From Vulcanimicrobiaceae bacterium (GTDB lineage: Bacteria; Vulcanimicrobiota; Vulcanimicrobiia; Vulcanimicrobiales; Vulcanimicrobiaceae), in assembly GCA_046262595.1 (NCBI GenBank), contig JBHEMM010000030.1:1-32253 (forward strand): DNA of 32,253 nucleotides, read 5' to 3'. The notes beneath the pieces were generated by a model that was not told where the DNA came from, ran no database searches, and saw only the letters and a list, made by a program, of their open reading frames with translations. Made by a program: the position numbers and the translations under genes. How positions within the stretch are numbered: position 1 is the first letter of the stretch; the number at the start of each line of letters is the position of its first letter. Below are positions 8,030 to 18,042 of the stretch, in pieces.

Positions 8030-10313
8030 TTTCCCCGTCCGAGGACTCGACGAGGAAAAGCTGCGCGCCGCTGCGTCGCATGCCGGCTTGGCTTTACGCG
8101 CGGACGAACTGCGGCGGATCGCGCAAACGCTGGGGCGCGATCCTTCGATCGTCGAAGCGCATGCGTTCGATGCGCAGTGGAGCGAGCACTGCTCCTATAA
8201 GAGCAGCAGGCATTTGCTCAAGCGTCTTCCGGTCGATGGACCGGCAGTGATGCAAGGCCCCGCCGAGGATGCCGGCATTCTGCATCTCGGTGAATGGAAC
8301 GGCGAGAAGTACGGCGTCGTCATCGCTCACGAGTCGCATAACCATCCTTCACAGGTCGTTCCTTTTGAAGGCGCTGCCACCGGCATCGGCGGCATCGTGC
8401 GCGACGTGCTCTGCATGGGTGCGCGCGTCGTGGCGCTGGCGGATCCGCTGCGCTTTGGGCGGATCGAAGACCCGGCATCGCATCAGCGGTACGTGGCGCA
8501 AGGCGTGGTTGACGGTATCTCCGCGTACGGCAATGCGATCGGCGTGCCCAACATTGCCGGCGACGTGTATTTCGACGAACAGTTCGACGACAATTGCGTG
8601 GTCAACGTGGTCGCAGTCGGCTTGGTGAAGCAGGACGACATCGTGCATTCCGCGGCGCCGCCCGGCTCCGCGGGCTGGGATATCGTTCTGGTCGGGAAAG
8701 CGACGGACCGCAGCGGTTTCGGCGGAGCGGCGTTCTCATCCGTAACCCTCGATGAAGAAGATGCGGACGCAAACCGCGGCGCCGTTCAAGTGCCCGATCC
8801 GTTTTTGAAAAATGTGATCATGCGCGCGACGTACCGCGTGTTCGAGTATCTGCGCGCCAACGGCATCACCGCCGGCTTCAAAGACCTCGGCGCAGGCGGC
8901 ATCATGGGGTGCAGCGCGGAGCTGTGCAGCACCGGCGGATTCGGCGCGATCGTCGATCTCGACGACGTGAGCACGGCGATCGGGCAAATGCCCCCCGAGG
9001 TCATCGCAATCGGTGAAACGCAGGAACGGCTGTGCTGGGTACTGCCGGCAGCGGTCACCCCCGACGTTCTGCGCATCTACAATGAAGAGTTCTCCCTGCC
9101 CCGGATAGCGCGCGGCGCCTGTGCGAGTGTCATCGGCACGGTCCAGCAAGAAAAACGCTACGTCATGCGCCACGGCGGTGCGACCGTGATGGACGTGCCG
9201 ATCGACTTTCTCACGGGGTCCATTCGCGACGAGTTGCCGGTTCGCCCGATGAGCGAACGCAAAGTGGACGATCGCCGCAAGCGTTACATCGAACCGGGCC
9301 ACGACGTCCGGGAGGTTTTAGACAAAGTGCTCGCGCACCGCGACGTGTGCTCGCGCGAACCGCTTTACGTGCGCTACGACAGCGTGGTGCGCGGCGTGAC
9401 GGTCGTCCCGCGCGGCGTGGCGGATGCGGGCGTCATTGCCCCGGTTGATGGTTCGCCGCTCGGCATTGCGCTGAGCGTTGCAGGCAATCCGCGCTACGGC
9501 AAACTGGACCCGTACCTTGGCGCACAGCACGCCGTACTTGAAGCAGTTCGTAAAACGGTCGCCGCGGGCGCGCGGCCGCTCGGGCTCACGGATTGCTTGA
9601 ATTTTGGCAATCCGCACAACGTGGAGCATTACTCCGAACTCGTGTATGCGATCGACGGCCTGGCGCTTGCAGCGCGCGCACTCGGCACGCCGTTTGTCTC
9701 CGGCAACGTCAGCTTGTACAACGAGTCGAAAGCGGGCAATGCGATTCCCGCATCGCCCATCGTCGCGTGCGTCGGCGGATTCACGGATATCGCAACGGTT
9801 TTGACCTCTCCGCTCAAGGGCGGCGGTCACGCGCTCTACGCCGTAGGAACGCCATACAACGCTATGGGCGGTTCGGTGCTCGCCGAGGTCCTGGGACAGA
9901 TCGGCGGACCGGTCCCGCCGATCGATTATCGCGCGGCGAGCGCCGATCTTGCGTTCGTTCAGCGGGCGGCGCGGGCAGGCATCATTCTGTCGGCAGGAGT
10001 GATCGGTTCGGGCGGAGCGCTCGTGCGGTTACTGCGCATGGCGTTTGCCGCCGCTTGCGCGATCGGTTTCTCGTTGGAAGCGCCGCGCGCTGCAGCTTGC
10101 GGGGAACTGGAACTGTTGTTCGGCGAGAACTGGGGGTTTGTGATCGAAACGGCGCAGCCGCAAGCGCTCGAAGCGCTCGCGACCGACGGCGTTGCGCTGC
10201 AGCGCATCGGCGCCACTGGTGCCGGCGGCGCCATCGCAATCGGCTCGGCGGTCTTTGAGACAGCTTTGCTGCGCGCTGCATGGATGCGGCCGCTGCAGGA
10301 GGTTTATCCGTAG
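8022..10313 (+). CDS. purL: FGAM synthase synthetase subunit (small PurL)
   Basis: WSEHCSYKSS, ESHNHPS, GAATGIGGIVRD, DLGAGG, ETQER, TDCLNFGNP, VSGNVSLYNE. TTG start is uncertain. Confidence 0.95.
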   Translation: MDNFPVRGLDEEKLRAAASHAGLALRADELRRIAQTLGRDPSIVEAHAFDAQWSEHCSYKSSRHLLKRLPVDGPAVMQGPAEDAGILHLGEWNGEKYGVVIAHESHNHPSQVVPFEGAATGIGGIVRDVLCMGARVVALADPLRFGRIEDPASHQRYVAQGVVDGISAYGNAIGVPNIAGDVYFDEQFDDNCVVNVVAVGLVKQDDIVHSAAPPGSAGWDIVLVGKATDRSGFGGAAFSSVTLDEEDADANRGAVQVPDPFLKNVIMRATYRVFEYLRANGITAGFKDLGAGGIMGCSAELCSTGGFGAIVDLDDVSTAIGQMPPEVIAIGETQERLCWVLPAAVTPDVLRIYNEEFSLPRIARGACASVIGTVQQEKRYVMRHGGATVMDVPIDFLTGSIRDELPVRPMSERKVDDRRKRYIEPGHDVREVLDKVLAHRDVCSREPLYVRYDSVVRGVTVVPRGVADAGVIAPVDGSPLGIALSVAGNPRYGKLDPYLGAQHAVLEAVRKTVAAGARPLGLTDCLNFGNPHNVEHYSELVYAIDGLALAARALGTPFVSGNVSLYNESKAGNAIPASPIVACVGGFTDIATVLTSPLKGGGHALYAVGTPYNAMGGSVLAEVLGQIGGPVPPIDYRAASADLAFVQRAARAGIILSAGVIGSGGALVRLLRMAFAAACAIGFSLEAPRAAACGELELLFGENWGFVIETAQPQALEALATDGVALQRIGATGAGGAIAIGSAVFETALLRAAWMRPLQEVYP

Positions 10314-11059
10314 TGGCAGCGCGCAAAGTCGCCGTTCTCGTGTTCCCCGGCACGAACAGCGAGGACGAAACGTGCCGCATTCTGCGGGCGGTCGGCTTGG
10401 ACGCACACCTGGTGCACTGGAGCTGCGCCGCGAGGCTGCCGCAGTACGAAGCGTTCGTGCTGCCGGGCGGGTTTTCGTACGAGGACCGCATCCGCGCCGG
10501 CGCCGTTGCGGCACACGACGCCATGTTGGATTACGTGATCGACGCGGCACAAAACGAAAAACTGATTTTGGGCATTTGCAACGGCGCGCAAATTCTGCTC
10601 GAGGCGGGGCTCGTGCCCGGAACCGGTACCATCCGGCGGCCCACCGCTGCGTTCACGCACAATGCGCCCGTCCCGCACTTTATCTGCAAGCACGTGCGCG
10701 TGCGCTTGAACGTGGAGCCCTCCCGCAGCCCCTTCACCGCCGGAATGAACCGCGAAGAAGTGTTCCCCGCCTGGGCCGCGCACGGTCAGGGACGGCTGGC
10801 GGCAACGCCGGCGCATCTGGAGGAATTGGTGCACGGCCGCCACGTGGCGTTCGTATACGAGAACGGTGCGCCGAACGGCTCCGCGCTCGACTGCGCCGGC
10901 CTTTTGAACGATGCGGGCAACGTGTGCGCGATCATGCCGCATCCGGAACGCGATGCTTGGTCGTTCAATCATCCGGACCGGCGTGAAGGCGGGATTCTGA
11001 CGCCGTCGGGCGGCGTTCGCTTTTTTCAAAGCTTCGCCCAAGCAATGGAACGGCCATGA
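10313..11059 (+). CDS. purQ: FGAM synthase glutaminase subunit
   Basis: FPGTN, LPGGFSYED, GICNGAQIL (nucleophile Cys), MPHPER; SD AGGAGG 10297-10302; TAGTG overlap with purL. Confidence 0.95.
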   Translation: MAARKVAVLVFPGTNSEDETCRILRAVGLDAHLVHWSCAARLPQYEAFVLPGGFSYEDRIRAGAVAAHDAMLDYVIDAAQNEKLILGICNGAQILLEAGLVPGTGTIRRPTAAFTHNAPVPHFICKHVRVRLNVEPSRSPFTAGMNREEVFPAWAAHGQGRLAATPAHLEELVHGRHVAFVYENGAPNGSALDCAGLLNDAGNVCAIMPHPERDAWSFNHPDRREGGILTPSGGVRFFQSFAQAMERP

Positions 11060-11478
11060 CGCAGAGGACGATTGCCGTCAAGTTGAAGATTCCCGACAAC
11101 GAAGCGTACACGGCGCTCGTTGCGCTGCAGCGTTTAGGCGTCGCCGTTTCGAAGGTCGAGCGAGCCGAGATCTGGCAGTTCGACGACGAGGGGCTGACGC
11201 CGGTGGAAGCGCGTTTTGCGAGCAATGAGATGCTGTACAACTCGAACAAGCACGAAATGCAGGTGCTCGACGGCGGGCGCCCACGCACCGGGGAGGTGTG
11301 GATCGAAGAGCTCGATGCCGCCGGCGTTCCGCTGCGCATGACGGGCGCCTCGCACGCCCGCCGTTACGTCGCCTGGCGGCTATACGGGCCGGACAAAATG
11401 TCTGCGGCGTCCGGCGTCGTGCGCGAAGCGGCCGAAAAACTCTTGTGCAACCCTGCGATCGAAAGGGCCCTTCAATGA
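11056..11478 (+). CDS. purS: Double-length PurS-like subunit of FGAM synthase
   Basis: Directly after purL-purQ with ATGA overlaps; C-terminal EKLLCNPAIE is the PurS signature, echoed mid-protein by MLYNSNKHE; 140 aa versus about 80 for usual PurS. Confidence 0.7.
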   Translation: MTQRTIAVKLKIPDNEAYTALVALQRLGVAVSKVERAEIWQFDDEGLTPVEARFASNEMLYNSNKHEMQVLDGGRPRTGEVWIEELDAAGVPLRMTGASHARRYVAWRLYGPDKMSAASGVVREAAEKLLCNPAIERALQ

Positions 11479-11891
11479 ATCAGCCTTACACCATTGCCAC
11501 GCTGGGCTCCCATTCGGCGCTGCAGATACTCAAAGGCGCGCACGACGAAGGTTTTCGCACCCTCGCGATTGCGAACCGCGAGACAGAGAGCTTGTACCGT
11601 TCCTTCGGGTTCGTCGATGAAGTGATCGGCATCGATACGTATCAGGCGTTTCCCGGCCTGTTCGGCGCGTTCTGCATCGAGACGATCATCACGCCGGACA
11701 TGCAATTTTACATCATGGAGATTTCCGCGCGCATCGTAGCGGGTACGAACCTTTTTATCGACGGCTCTCCGTACTCGTATTTGAACTACTCCGAGCCGAT
11801 GTCCACCGGCCGGCGCATTGCGCGCGAACTCAAAAACGCACTTTTGACGGGGAACCTACGTTTCGTACTCGATGATTCGAGCGTGCTTTAA
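11475..11891 (+). pseudogene. purP: Archaeal-type PurP (formate:AICAR ligase family) with a large in-frame internal deletion; 138 aa
   Basis: N-terminal IATLGSHSALQILKGAHDEGFRT joined directly to C-terminal GLFGAFCIE...EISARIVAGTN...MSTGRRIARE; the central ATP-grasp core is absent. Could also be an assembly collapse. Confidence 0.75.
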
Positions 11892-12984
11892 GTCTCTTGC
11901 GGTCCTGGCCTGCGCCGCCGCGCTCTGCGTCCCGGCGAAGGCGGCGACATTGGCGGATCCGGACGTGCTCTACGCACAGATGAACGCTGTTCTCCAGCGC
12001 GGGGACCGCGAAGGCTGGACGCTGTTCAACCGCGAGTACCTGCTGGCGACGATCTTCGATGCCGGGCGCGCCTATTCGCTGCAGCGGCCCGACGATCCGA
12101 AGTACCCGCAGGTGGAGCAAATGACGGTCGACGCTGCGGCGGATCTGCATTACGATCCGCTGATCAATCACGAAGCCGTGGAATGGTACGTGCGCGAGGC
12201 CGCAGTCGACATCGAGAAGACGTCGGCCGATCCCGCCGAAGCGGCGAAAGCACGCGATTTGCTGGCGCGCGTGGATGCGCTTGAAGATCCGGCCGCGCTG
12301 GCGAAATTTGCGGACGAAGACGCGGCCGCAAACATCGTCCAATATCCGCGCGATGCGGACGCGCTGCTCGCGCGCGTCGAAGCGAACTGGCGCGGCTGGC
12401 TCATCACCCGTGACCCGTCATGGCGCGCGTGGGCGCTCGTGCGCGCCTCGCAGTTCGATTTTCCTATCGGCAGCCTGCCTTCATCGTGGGGCCCCGGCTT
12501 TCTGGCGTTCGTAAAAAGCGCCGCTCACGGCGGTCATGGCGTTACTGCGGCCGAGCGCGACAACGCGCAACTGATTTTGCAGAATCTGAAGAAATTGACC
12601 GCCCTAAAAGTCATCGCAAACGTGAACGCGCAGGCCTCACACGATCAGGTAATGACCACGCTTGCGCCGGCGGATGAATATTTCGGGCCGCTCGGCATGT
12701 CCATTTTAGGCATGCGCAACGAGATGAGCCGCGTAAACGCGATGATCGGGTTCGGCGAAGCGCAGCGCGAGAGCGATCCGGCGGTTCAGATCGCGCTGGC
12801 CATCGACGACCTTCACCGCGTGTACCCGCGCGACCGTGATGTGCCGAAACTGCTCTACGACATTCAAGACACGCTCGCCAAGATCGATACGCCGCAGGCG
12901 AAGACGGAGCGTGCGCACATGCGAGCGGTGCTCACGGTCGAGTATCAAGACACCAAGCAAGCGCACGATCTTTTGGGGCCGTAA
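11872..12984 (+). CDS. Secreted/exported, probably alpha-helical hypothetical protein
   Basis: 370-aa ORF with host-like codon usage and a signal peptide (SLAVLACAAALCVPAKA|A); overlaps the purP end by 20 nt. Confidence 0.75.
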   Translation: MIRACFKSLAVLACAAALCVPAKAATLADPDVLYAQMNAVLQRGDREGWTLFNREYLLATIFDAGRAYSLQRPDDPKYPQVEQMTVDAAADLHYDPLINHEAVEWYVREAAVDIEKTSADPAEAAKARDLLARVDALEDPAALAKFADEDAAANIVQYPRDADALLARVEANWRGWLITRDPSWRAWALVRASQFDFPIGSLPSSWGPGFLAFVKSAAHGGHGVTAAERDNAQLILQNLKKLTALKVIANVNAQASHDQVMTTLAPADEYFGPLGMSILGMRNEMSRVNAMIGFGEAQRESDPAVQIALAIDDLHRVYPRDRDVPKLLYDIQDTLAKIDTPQAKTERAHMRAVLTVEYQDTKQAHDLLGP

Positions 12985-13003
12985 CGCACTAAGCGTTTTC
13001 GTC

Positions 13004-14296
13004 CTAAGCGTTTATCGCAGCGAGGCTTGCCTCGAACGCACGAACGAATTCCGCCGAATCGCCATCGCTGAAAATGAGCGGCGGTTGAATGCGCATGATG
13101 TTGCCGAAGCGGCCGCCCTTTCCGACGAGCACGCCGCGCTTGCGCATCTCTTCGAGCATGCGCGTCGCCTCGGCGGCGGCGTACGTCTTGCGCGTGTCCT
13201 TGACGAGTTCGACGCCGATCATCAAGCCCCGCCCGCGCACCTCGCCGATGATCGGGTAACGCTGCTGCAGTTCGCGCAGAGCGCTCAAAAGCGTTTCGCC
13301 TTGCCGTTTGGCGTTTGCGATCAGGTGGTGTTTTTCAATGACATCGATCGTCACACGCGCAGCGCGGCTCGAAACGGGATTGCCGCCGAACGTGTTGATG
13401 TGCGGGCCTTTGAAAATGTCCGCAAGCTCCGGACGCGTGATGGTGATCCCGATGGGAACGCCGGAACCCAACCCTTTTGCCGACGTAATGATGTCCGGAA
13501 CCACTCCGTACGTTGCCGGCATCCCGAACATTCCGTCGCCTAAACGTCCCCACCCCGTTTGCACTTCATCGGCAATCAGCAGCGTTCCGAACGGTTCGAG
13601 CGTTTCGCGCAAGACCTTGAAGTACTCGGGCGGCGGCGTGATGATGCCGCCGACGCCGGCGATCGTTTCGGCGATCATCGCCGAAGGCGCGCCGTTGGTC
13701 TGCGTTTCGATCACGCGTTTGGCCGACTTGGCGCAGGCGATCTCGCAGGAAGGGTAGGTCAGGCCGAGCGGACAGCGATAGCAATACGGATTGGGCACGA
13801 ACGCGACGTGCGGATACTGCGCGGCGAAATTGCGCCAGTTGCTCTGCCCCGCCATCGCAACGGTATAGAGTGTCCGCCCGTGATAGGCGTGTTCGAGCGC
13901 CAGAAAATCCGGCGACTTCTTAGCCGTGCGCGCGACGACCGCCGCCATCTCATTCGCTTCCGAGCCGGAGTTGCCGAAGAAGCTTTTGCTCATGCCCTCG
14001 GGCGCGACGTCGGCGACTTTTTCGGCGAGATCCAGCATCTCTTCGGTCAAATACAGCGCGGAGACATGCAGCAGCTTCTTCGCCTGATCGGCGACGGCTT
14101 GCGCGACTTCCGTGTCGCCGTATCCCAGCGTGTTGGTTGCAATGCCGGCGAACGCATCGAGATATTCGTTGCCGCCGTCGTCGCGGACGCGCGTTCCTTC
14201 GCCTTCGACGAGCGTGAGCGGCTCCTCGTAATACGTCGTCTGCGCCGCGAAAAGATGATCGCTCGCGCGTTTTGCATTGTTTTTAAGCAGTCGCAT
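13004..14296 (-). CDS. Class III PLP aminotransferase, by context beta-alanine:2-oxoacid aminotransferase (PydD-like)
   Basis: SGSEANE, YHGRT, LIADEVQTGWGR, SAKGLGSG, NTFGGNP; last gene of the pyd operon. Confidence 0.88.
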   Translation of the reverse strand: MRLLKNNAKRASDHLFAAQTTYYEEPLTLVEGEGTRVRDDGGNEYLDAFAGIATNTLGYGDTEVAQAVADQAKKLLHVSALYLTEEMLDLAEKVADVAPEGMSKSFFGNSGSEANEMAAVVARTAKKSPDFLALEHAYHGRTLYTVAMAGQSNWRNFAAQYPHVAFVPNPYCYRCPLGLTYPSCEIACAKSAKRVIETQTNGAPSAMIAETIAGVGGIITPPPEYFKVLRETLEPFGTLLIADEVQTGWGRLGDGMFGMPATYGVVPDIITSAKGLGSGVPIGITITRPELADIFKGPHINTFGGNPVSSRAARVTIDVIEKHHLIANAKRQGETLLSALRELQQRYPIIGEVRGRGLMIGVELVKDTRKTYAAAEATRMLEEMRKRGVLVGKGGRFGNIMRIQPPLIFSDGDSAEFVRAFEASLAAINA

Positions 14297-15755
14297 TTGC
14301 CGCAGCCTCCTCGGGAACCGCCTGCGGCGCCGGCCGCATCAGCAGTTTGTATGCAATCAGTCCGCCGAGCAGACTGAAAATCCATCCTCCGCTCCACAAA
14401 AAGTGCAGCGGCGGCACGAACAGCCCCAACGCAGCGAGCGCCCACCCGGCAACGAGCGCGAGCGCCGCGCGTACGTTAAACCCGCGCGCATATGAGTAGA
14501 GGCCTTGCGGCTTGTAAAGTTCCGCTAAATCGATATAGCCGCGGCGAACGAGCCAGTAGTCCGCGATGGCAATGCCGTCGAACGACCCCAGCATCGCACC
14601 GTACGTGCCGAGCCATAAAAAGATGTACGACGAAAACGACGAGAGCACGTACCACGGCTGCATCGCCAGGCTGAGCAAGCCGGTAAGTACCGCCCCCGCG
14701 GCAAAGGTAATGCGCTGCGGCCAAAGGTTCTCTAAAGCGCGCGCCGGCGCCATCACGTTTGCGCCGACGTTGATCGTCACGGATGAGAGGATCACGACGA
14801 TGCCGGCGATGACGATCTCCGGCGTGGGAAAGCGCACGATCAGATCGACCGGATTCCAGAGCGCCTTGTGAAAGAGGATGACGGTTGCCGAGGTCACCGC
14901 AATGCCGGCGAACGAAAATAGCGCCATCGCAACCGGCATCGAGAGGGCCTGCCCCAGCATCTGGCCGCGCTGCGTCTTCGCGTACCGGGTGTAATCCGGA
15001 ATGTTCAACGCCATGGTCGCCCAGAACGCAATGACGCCGACGACGGAGGGAAGAAAGGCATTCCAAAAGCCCGCGCCGTGAATCGTCGCGGGCGCCGCGA
15101 GCATCGGCCCGAATCCTCCTGCGCTGTGCGCCGCCCAAAAAACGAGCGCAATGGCGCCCACGGCCAGTGTCGGCGCCGCGATCTGCGCGAGACGTCCGAT
15201 CGCCTGCGGTCCGCGCATGGCGATGGCCACGTTTATTGCCCAAAACAGTGCAAAGGCGGCGCCCAAATGCAAGCCGATACCGTGCCAAAACGGCAAGATG
15301 CGCGTGAAGATTGCATCGAGCGCCTGGCCGCCGAACCACGAATTGATGCCGAACCATCCCGCCGCGATGATCGCGCGCGCGAGCGCCGGAATGTGCGCGC
15401 CGCGCGTGCCGAACCACAACCGCGCAAACACCGGATACGGAATGCCGTAGCGCGCGCCGGCGTGCGAGACCAGCAGTATTGCCGCAAGCACGACGGCGCT
15501 TCCGGAGAAGATGGAAAGCACCGATTCCCACCAGTTCATTCCCAGCGCTATCATGCCGCTCGCGAGCGAATACGTCGGCAAGCACAGGCACATGCCTATC
15601 CAGAGCGATGCGAATTTGCTTGCGCGCCACGAGTGTTCGGCGAGTGTGCACGGCCGCAGATCGTCGTTCCACATGCCGGCGTTCTTCGCGGCGGCGCGTA
15701 CGGCGTCGGGCGTGAGCACGATAACGTCGCCCACCTCCGCCTGCGTTGCCGTCAT
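14283..15755 (-). CDS. NCS1-family nucleobase (uracil/dihydropyrimidine) permease (PydP-like)
   Basis: Many hydrophobic segments; GARYGIPYPVFAR, GWFGI, FWATMALNIPDYTRY, IADYW; start ATG 15755. Confidence 0.9.
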   Translation of the reverse strand: MTATQAEVGDVIVLTPDAVRAAAKNAGMWNDDLRPCTLAEHSWRASKFASLWIGMCLCLPTYSLASGMIALGMNWWESVLSIFSGSAVVLAAILLVSHAGARYGIPYPVFARLWFGTRGAHIPALARAIIAAGWFGINSWFGGQALDAIFTRILPFWHGIGLHLGAAFALFWAINVAIAMRGPQAIGRLAQIAAPTLAVGAIALVFWAAHSAGGFGPMLAAPATIHGAGFWNAFLPSVVGVIAFWATMALNIPDYTRYAKTQRGQMLGQALSMPVAMALFSFAGIAVTSATVILFHKALWNPVDLIVRFPTPEIVIAGIVVILSSVTINVGANVMAPARALENLWPQRITFAAGAVLTGLLSLAMQPWYVLSSFSSYIFLWLGTYGAMLGSFDGIAIADYWLVRRGYIDLAELYKPQGLYSYARGFNVRAALALVAGWALAALGLFVPPLHFLWSGGWIFSLLGGLIAYKLLMRPAPQAVPEEAAANATA

Positions 15756-15757
15756 CG

Positions 15758-16642
15758 CTAGACGTACACCAAATCGTCGTACGTTTCGGGACGGCGATCG
15801 CGGTAAAACTGCCACGTATTGCGCACGTCGGTGATAATGCGGCGATCCATCGTGCCCAAAATCACCTCGTCACGGTCGCGACTGGCGGTCGCGACGAACT
15901 GCCCGCGCGGATCGACTATATACGACTGCCCGTAGAACTCGCCCATGTTCCAGGGCGTTTCCGTGCCCACGCGGTTGATCGCGCCCAAATAATAGCCGTT
16001 CGCGACGGCGTGCGCCGGCTGTTCGAGCTTCCACAGATACTCCGAGAGGCCGGCGACGGTCGCCGATGGATTGAACACGATCTCCGCGCCGTGCAATCCC
16101 AGCATACGCGCCCCTTCGGGAAAGTGGCGATCGTAGCAAATGTACACGCCGACCTTCGCGAACGCGGTATCGAAGACGGGATAGCCCAAATTACCCGGGC
16201 GGAAGTAATACTTCTCCCAGAAGCCGCACCCGGCGGGCCCGGCCTGCACCTGCGGCAGATGATGCTTGCGGTATTTGCCCAGATACGCGCCGTCCGCATC
16301 GATCACCGCCGCCGTGTTGTAATAGACGCCGGCAAATTCTTCTTCGTACATCGGAACGACGAGCACGATGCCGAGCTCTTTGGCAAGGTCCTGCATCAGG
16401 CGCGTCGTCGGCCCGTCGGGAATCGGCTCGACTGCGCCATACCACTTCGTCGTCTGTTCCGTGCAGAAATACGGGCCGTAAAACAGCTCCTGCAGGCAAA
16501 CGATCTGCGCGCCGCGCTGCTTCGCCTCGCGGATCATGCGCACGTGTTTTTCGATCGCGTTCTTTTTATGAACCTCGACGGGCTCGCTGCCGTCCGTGTC
16601 ATGATGCGCTTGAATCAACCCGATGCTGACTGTGGGTTCCAC
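15758..16642 (-). CDS. Nitrilase-family beta-ureidopropionase (N-carbamoyl-beta-alanine amidohydrolase)
   Basis: Glu-Lys-Cys triad: LQELF, YRKHH, ICYDRHFPE; FWEKYYFRPGNLG; SD AGGAGG before GTG 16642. Confidence 0.9.
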   Translation of the reverse strand: MEPTVSIGLIQAHHDTDGSEPVEVHKKNAIEKHVRMIREAKQRGAQIVCLQELFYGPYFCTEQTTKWYGAVEPIPDGPTTRLMQDLAKELGIVLVVPMYEEEFAGVYYNTAAVIDADGAYLGKYRKHHLPQVQAGPAGCGFWEKYYFRPGNLGYPVFDTAFAKVGVYICYDRHFPEGARMLGLHGAEIVFNPSATVAGLSEYLWKLEQPAHAVANGYYLGAINRVGTETPWNMGEFYGQSYIVDPRGQFVATASRDRDEVILGTMDRRIITDVRNTWQFYRDRRPETYDDLVYV

Positions 16643-16650
16643 GTGGCCTC

Positions 16651-18042
16651 CTAGAGCTGGACGGGGTAGAAGGGCGAGCTTTTTTGAAACCGGCCGGCGC
16701 CTTTGGTTCCGGTGAACGTCGTGCCGTCCGCAACTTTGCGGCCCCGCGAAAAAACGTACCGCGGGCTGCCGTGAATCGTCATGCCGTCGAAGACGTTGTT
16801 GTCGACGTTCATGTGGTGCGTCTTCGCCGAGATCGTGCGCGTCTTGGCCGGATCCCACACCACGATGTCGGCATCGCTGCCGGCGGCAATCGTGCCTTTG
16901 CGCGGAAACAGGCCGAACAGTTTTGCCGGGTTGGTACTGCCTAGAGCGACAAAGTTATTCAAGCCAAGCACCTTTCGGTTCACGCCCACCTCGTAAAGGA
17001 TCGCGAGGCGATCTTCAATCGTCGGCGCGCCGTTGGGGATTTTCGAGAAGTCGTTTCTGCCAAGTTCCTTTTGACCGCACAGATTGAACGAGCAGTGGTC
17101 GGAACCGAAGCTATGCAGCTCCAAGTTCTTGAGCTTGCGCAGCAGCACGTCTTGGTTCCATTTATCGCGGATCGGAGGAGAAAGGACGTATTTTGCACCG
17201 GCGAAATCCGGGCGCTCGTAGTCCGTGAAGTCGCATACCAGATATTGAGGGCACGTTTCGCCGTAAATGTTTAGGCCGCGCTTGCGGCCGTCAGAGACCG
17301 CATCCGCGGCCATCGCGCTCGAGACGTGCACCACGTAGAGCGGTGCCCCGGCGATTTCGGCAAGGCGAATTGCACGATGCGTGGCCTCACCTTCGCATTC
17401 GACCGGCCGCGTGAGTGCGTGCCACTTGGGCTCCGTTTTGCCTGCTGCCAGGGCCTGTTTGGTCGTCACCTCGATGACGTCGCCGTTTTCGGCATGCACT
17501 TGCACCAGCCCGCCATTCGCGGCGCAGGTCTGCAGCGTTTTGAAGATCGTTTCGTCGTCCACTTGCAGCACGTGTTTGTAGGCCATGAAGACCTTGAACG
17601 AATTCACGCCTTCCTCAGAAATCATGCGCGGGATCTCGGCCATCGTCTCGTCGCGGCCGTCGGCTATCGTCAAATGAAAGGCGTAGTCGATGCATGCTTT
17701 GCCGGATGCTTTTTGATGCCATGTCTTGAGCGCGTTCGCGAGCGAGTCGCCGCGCGTGTGCAGCGCGAAGTCGACGATCGTCGTCGTGCCGCCCATTGCG
17801 GCGGCGCGCGTCCCGGTTTCGAAGTCGTCCGCCGTGACGGTTCCGCCAAACGGCATGTCGAGATGCGTGTGCGGGTCGATGCCGCCCGGAAAGACGTACG
17901 CGCCGCTCGCGTCGACGATCTCATGCGTCCCGGCGGGCAAATTCACGCCGATCGCCGCAATCTGCTCGTCCTCGACGACCACGTCGCCGGGATAGGTGTC
18001 GGTGGCGGTCACGACGGTGCCGCCGCGGATCAGTAAACTCAA
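16651..18042 (-). CDS. hydA: Dihydropyrimidinase
   Basis: PGGIDPHTH, SFKVFMAYK (carbamylated Lys), VHAENG, VVHVS, GSDHC; TTG 18042 overlaps the preA stop. Confidence 0.95.
   Translation of the reverse strand: MSLLIRGGTVVTATDTYPGDVVVEDEQIAAIGVNLPAGTHEIVDASGAYVFPGGIDPHTHLDMPFGGTVTADDFETGTRAAAMGGTTTIVDFALHTRGDSLANALKTWHQKASGKACIDYAFHLTIADGRDETMAEIPRMISEEGVNSFKVFMAYKHVLQVDDETIFKTLQTCAANGGLVQVHAENGDVIEVTTKQALAAGKTEPKWHALTRPVECEGEATHRAIRLAEIAGAPLYVVHVSSAMAADAVSDGRKRGLNIYGETCPQYLVCDFTDYERPDFAGAKYVLSPPIRDKWNQDVLLRKLKNLELHSFGSDHCSFNLCGQKELGRNDFSKIPNGAPTIEDRLAILYEVGVNRKVLGLNNFVALGSTNPAKLFGLFPRKGTIAAGSDADIVVWDPAKTRTISAKTHHMNVDNNVFDGMTIHGSPRYVFSRGRKVADGTTFTGTKGAGRFQKSSPFYPVQL

Noticed and set aside
12985..13002. 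Resemblance of cactaagcgttttcgt to an E. coli PurR / LacI-family box
   Set aside because: Only the right half matches and it lies at a convergent 3' junction, not a promoter.
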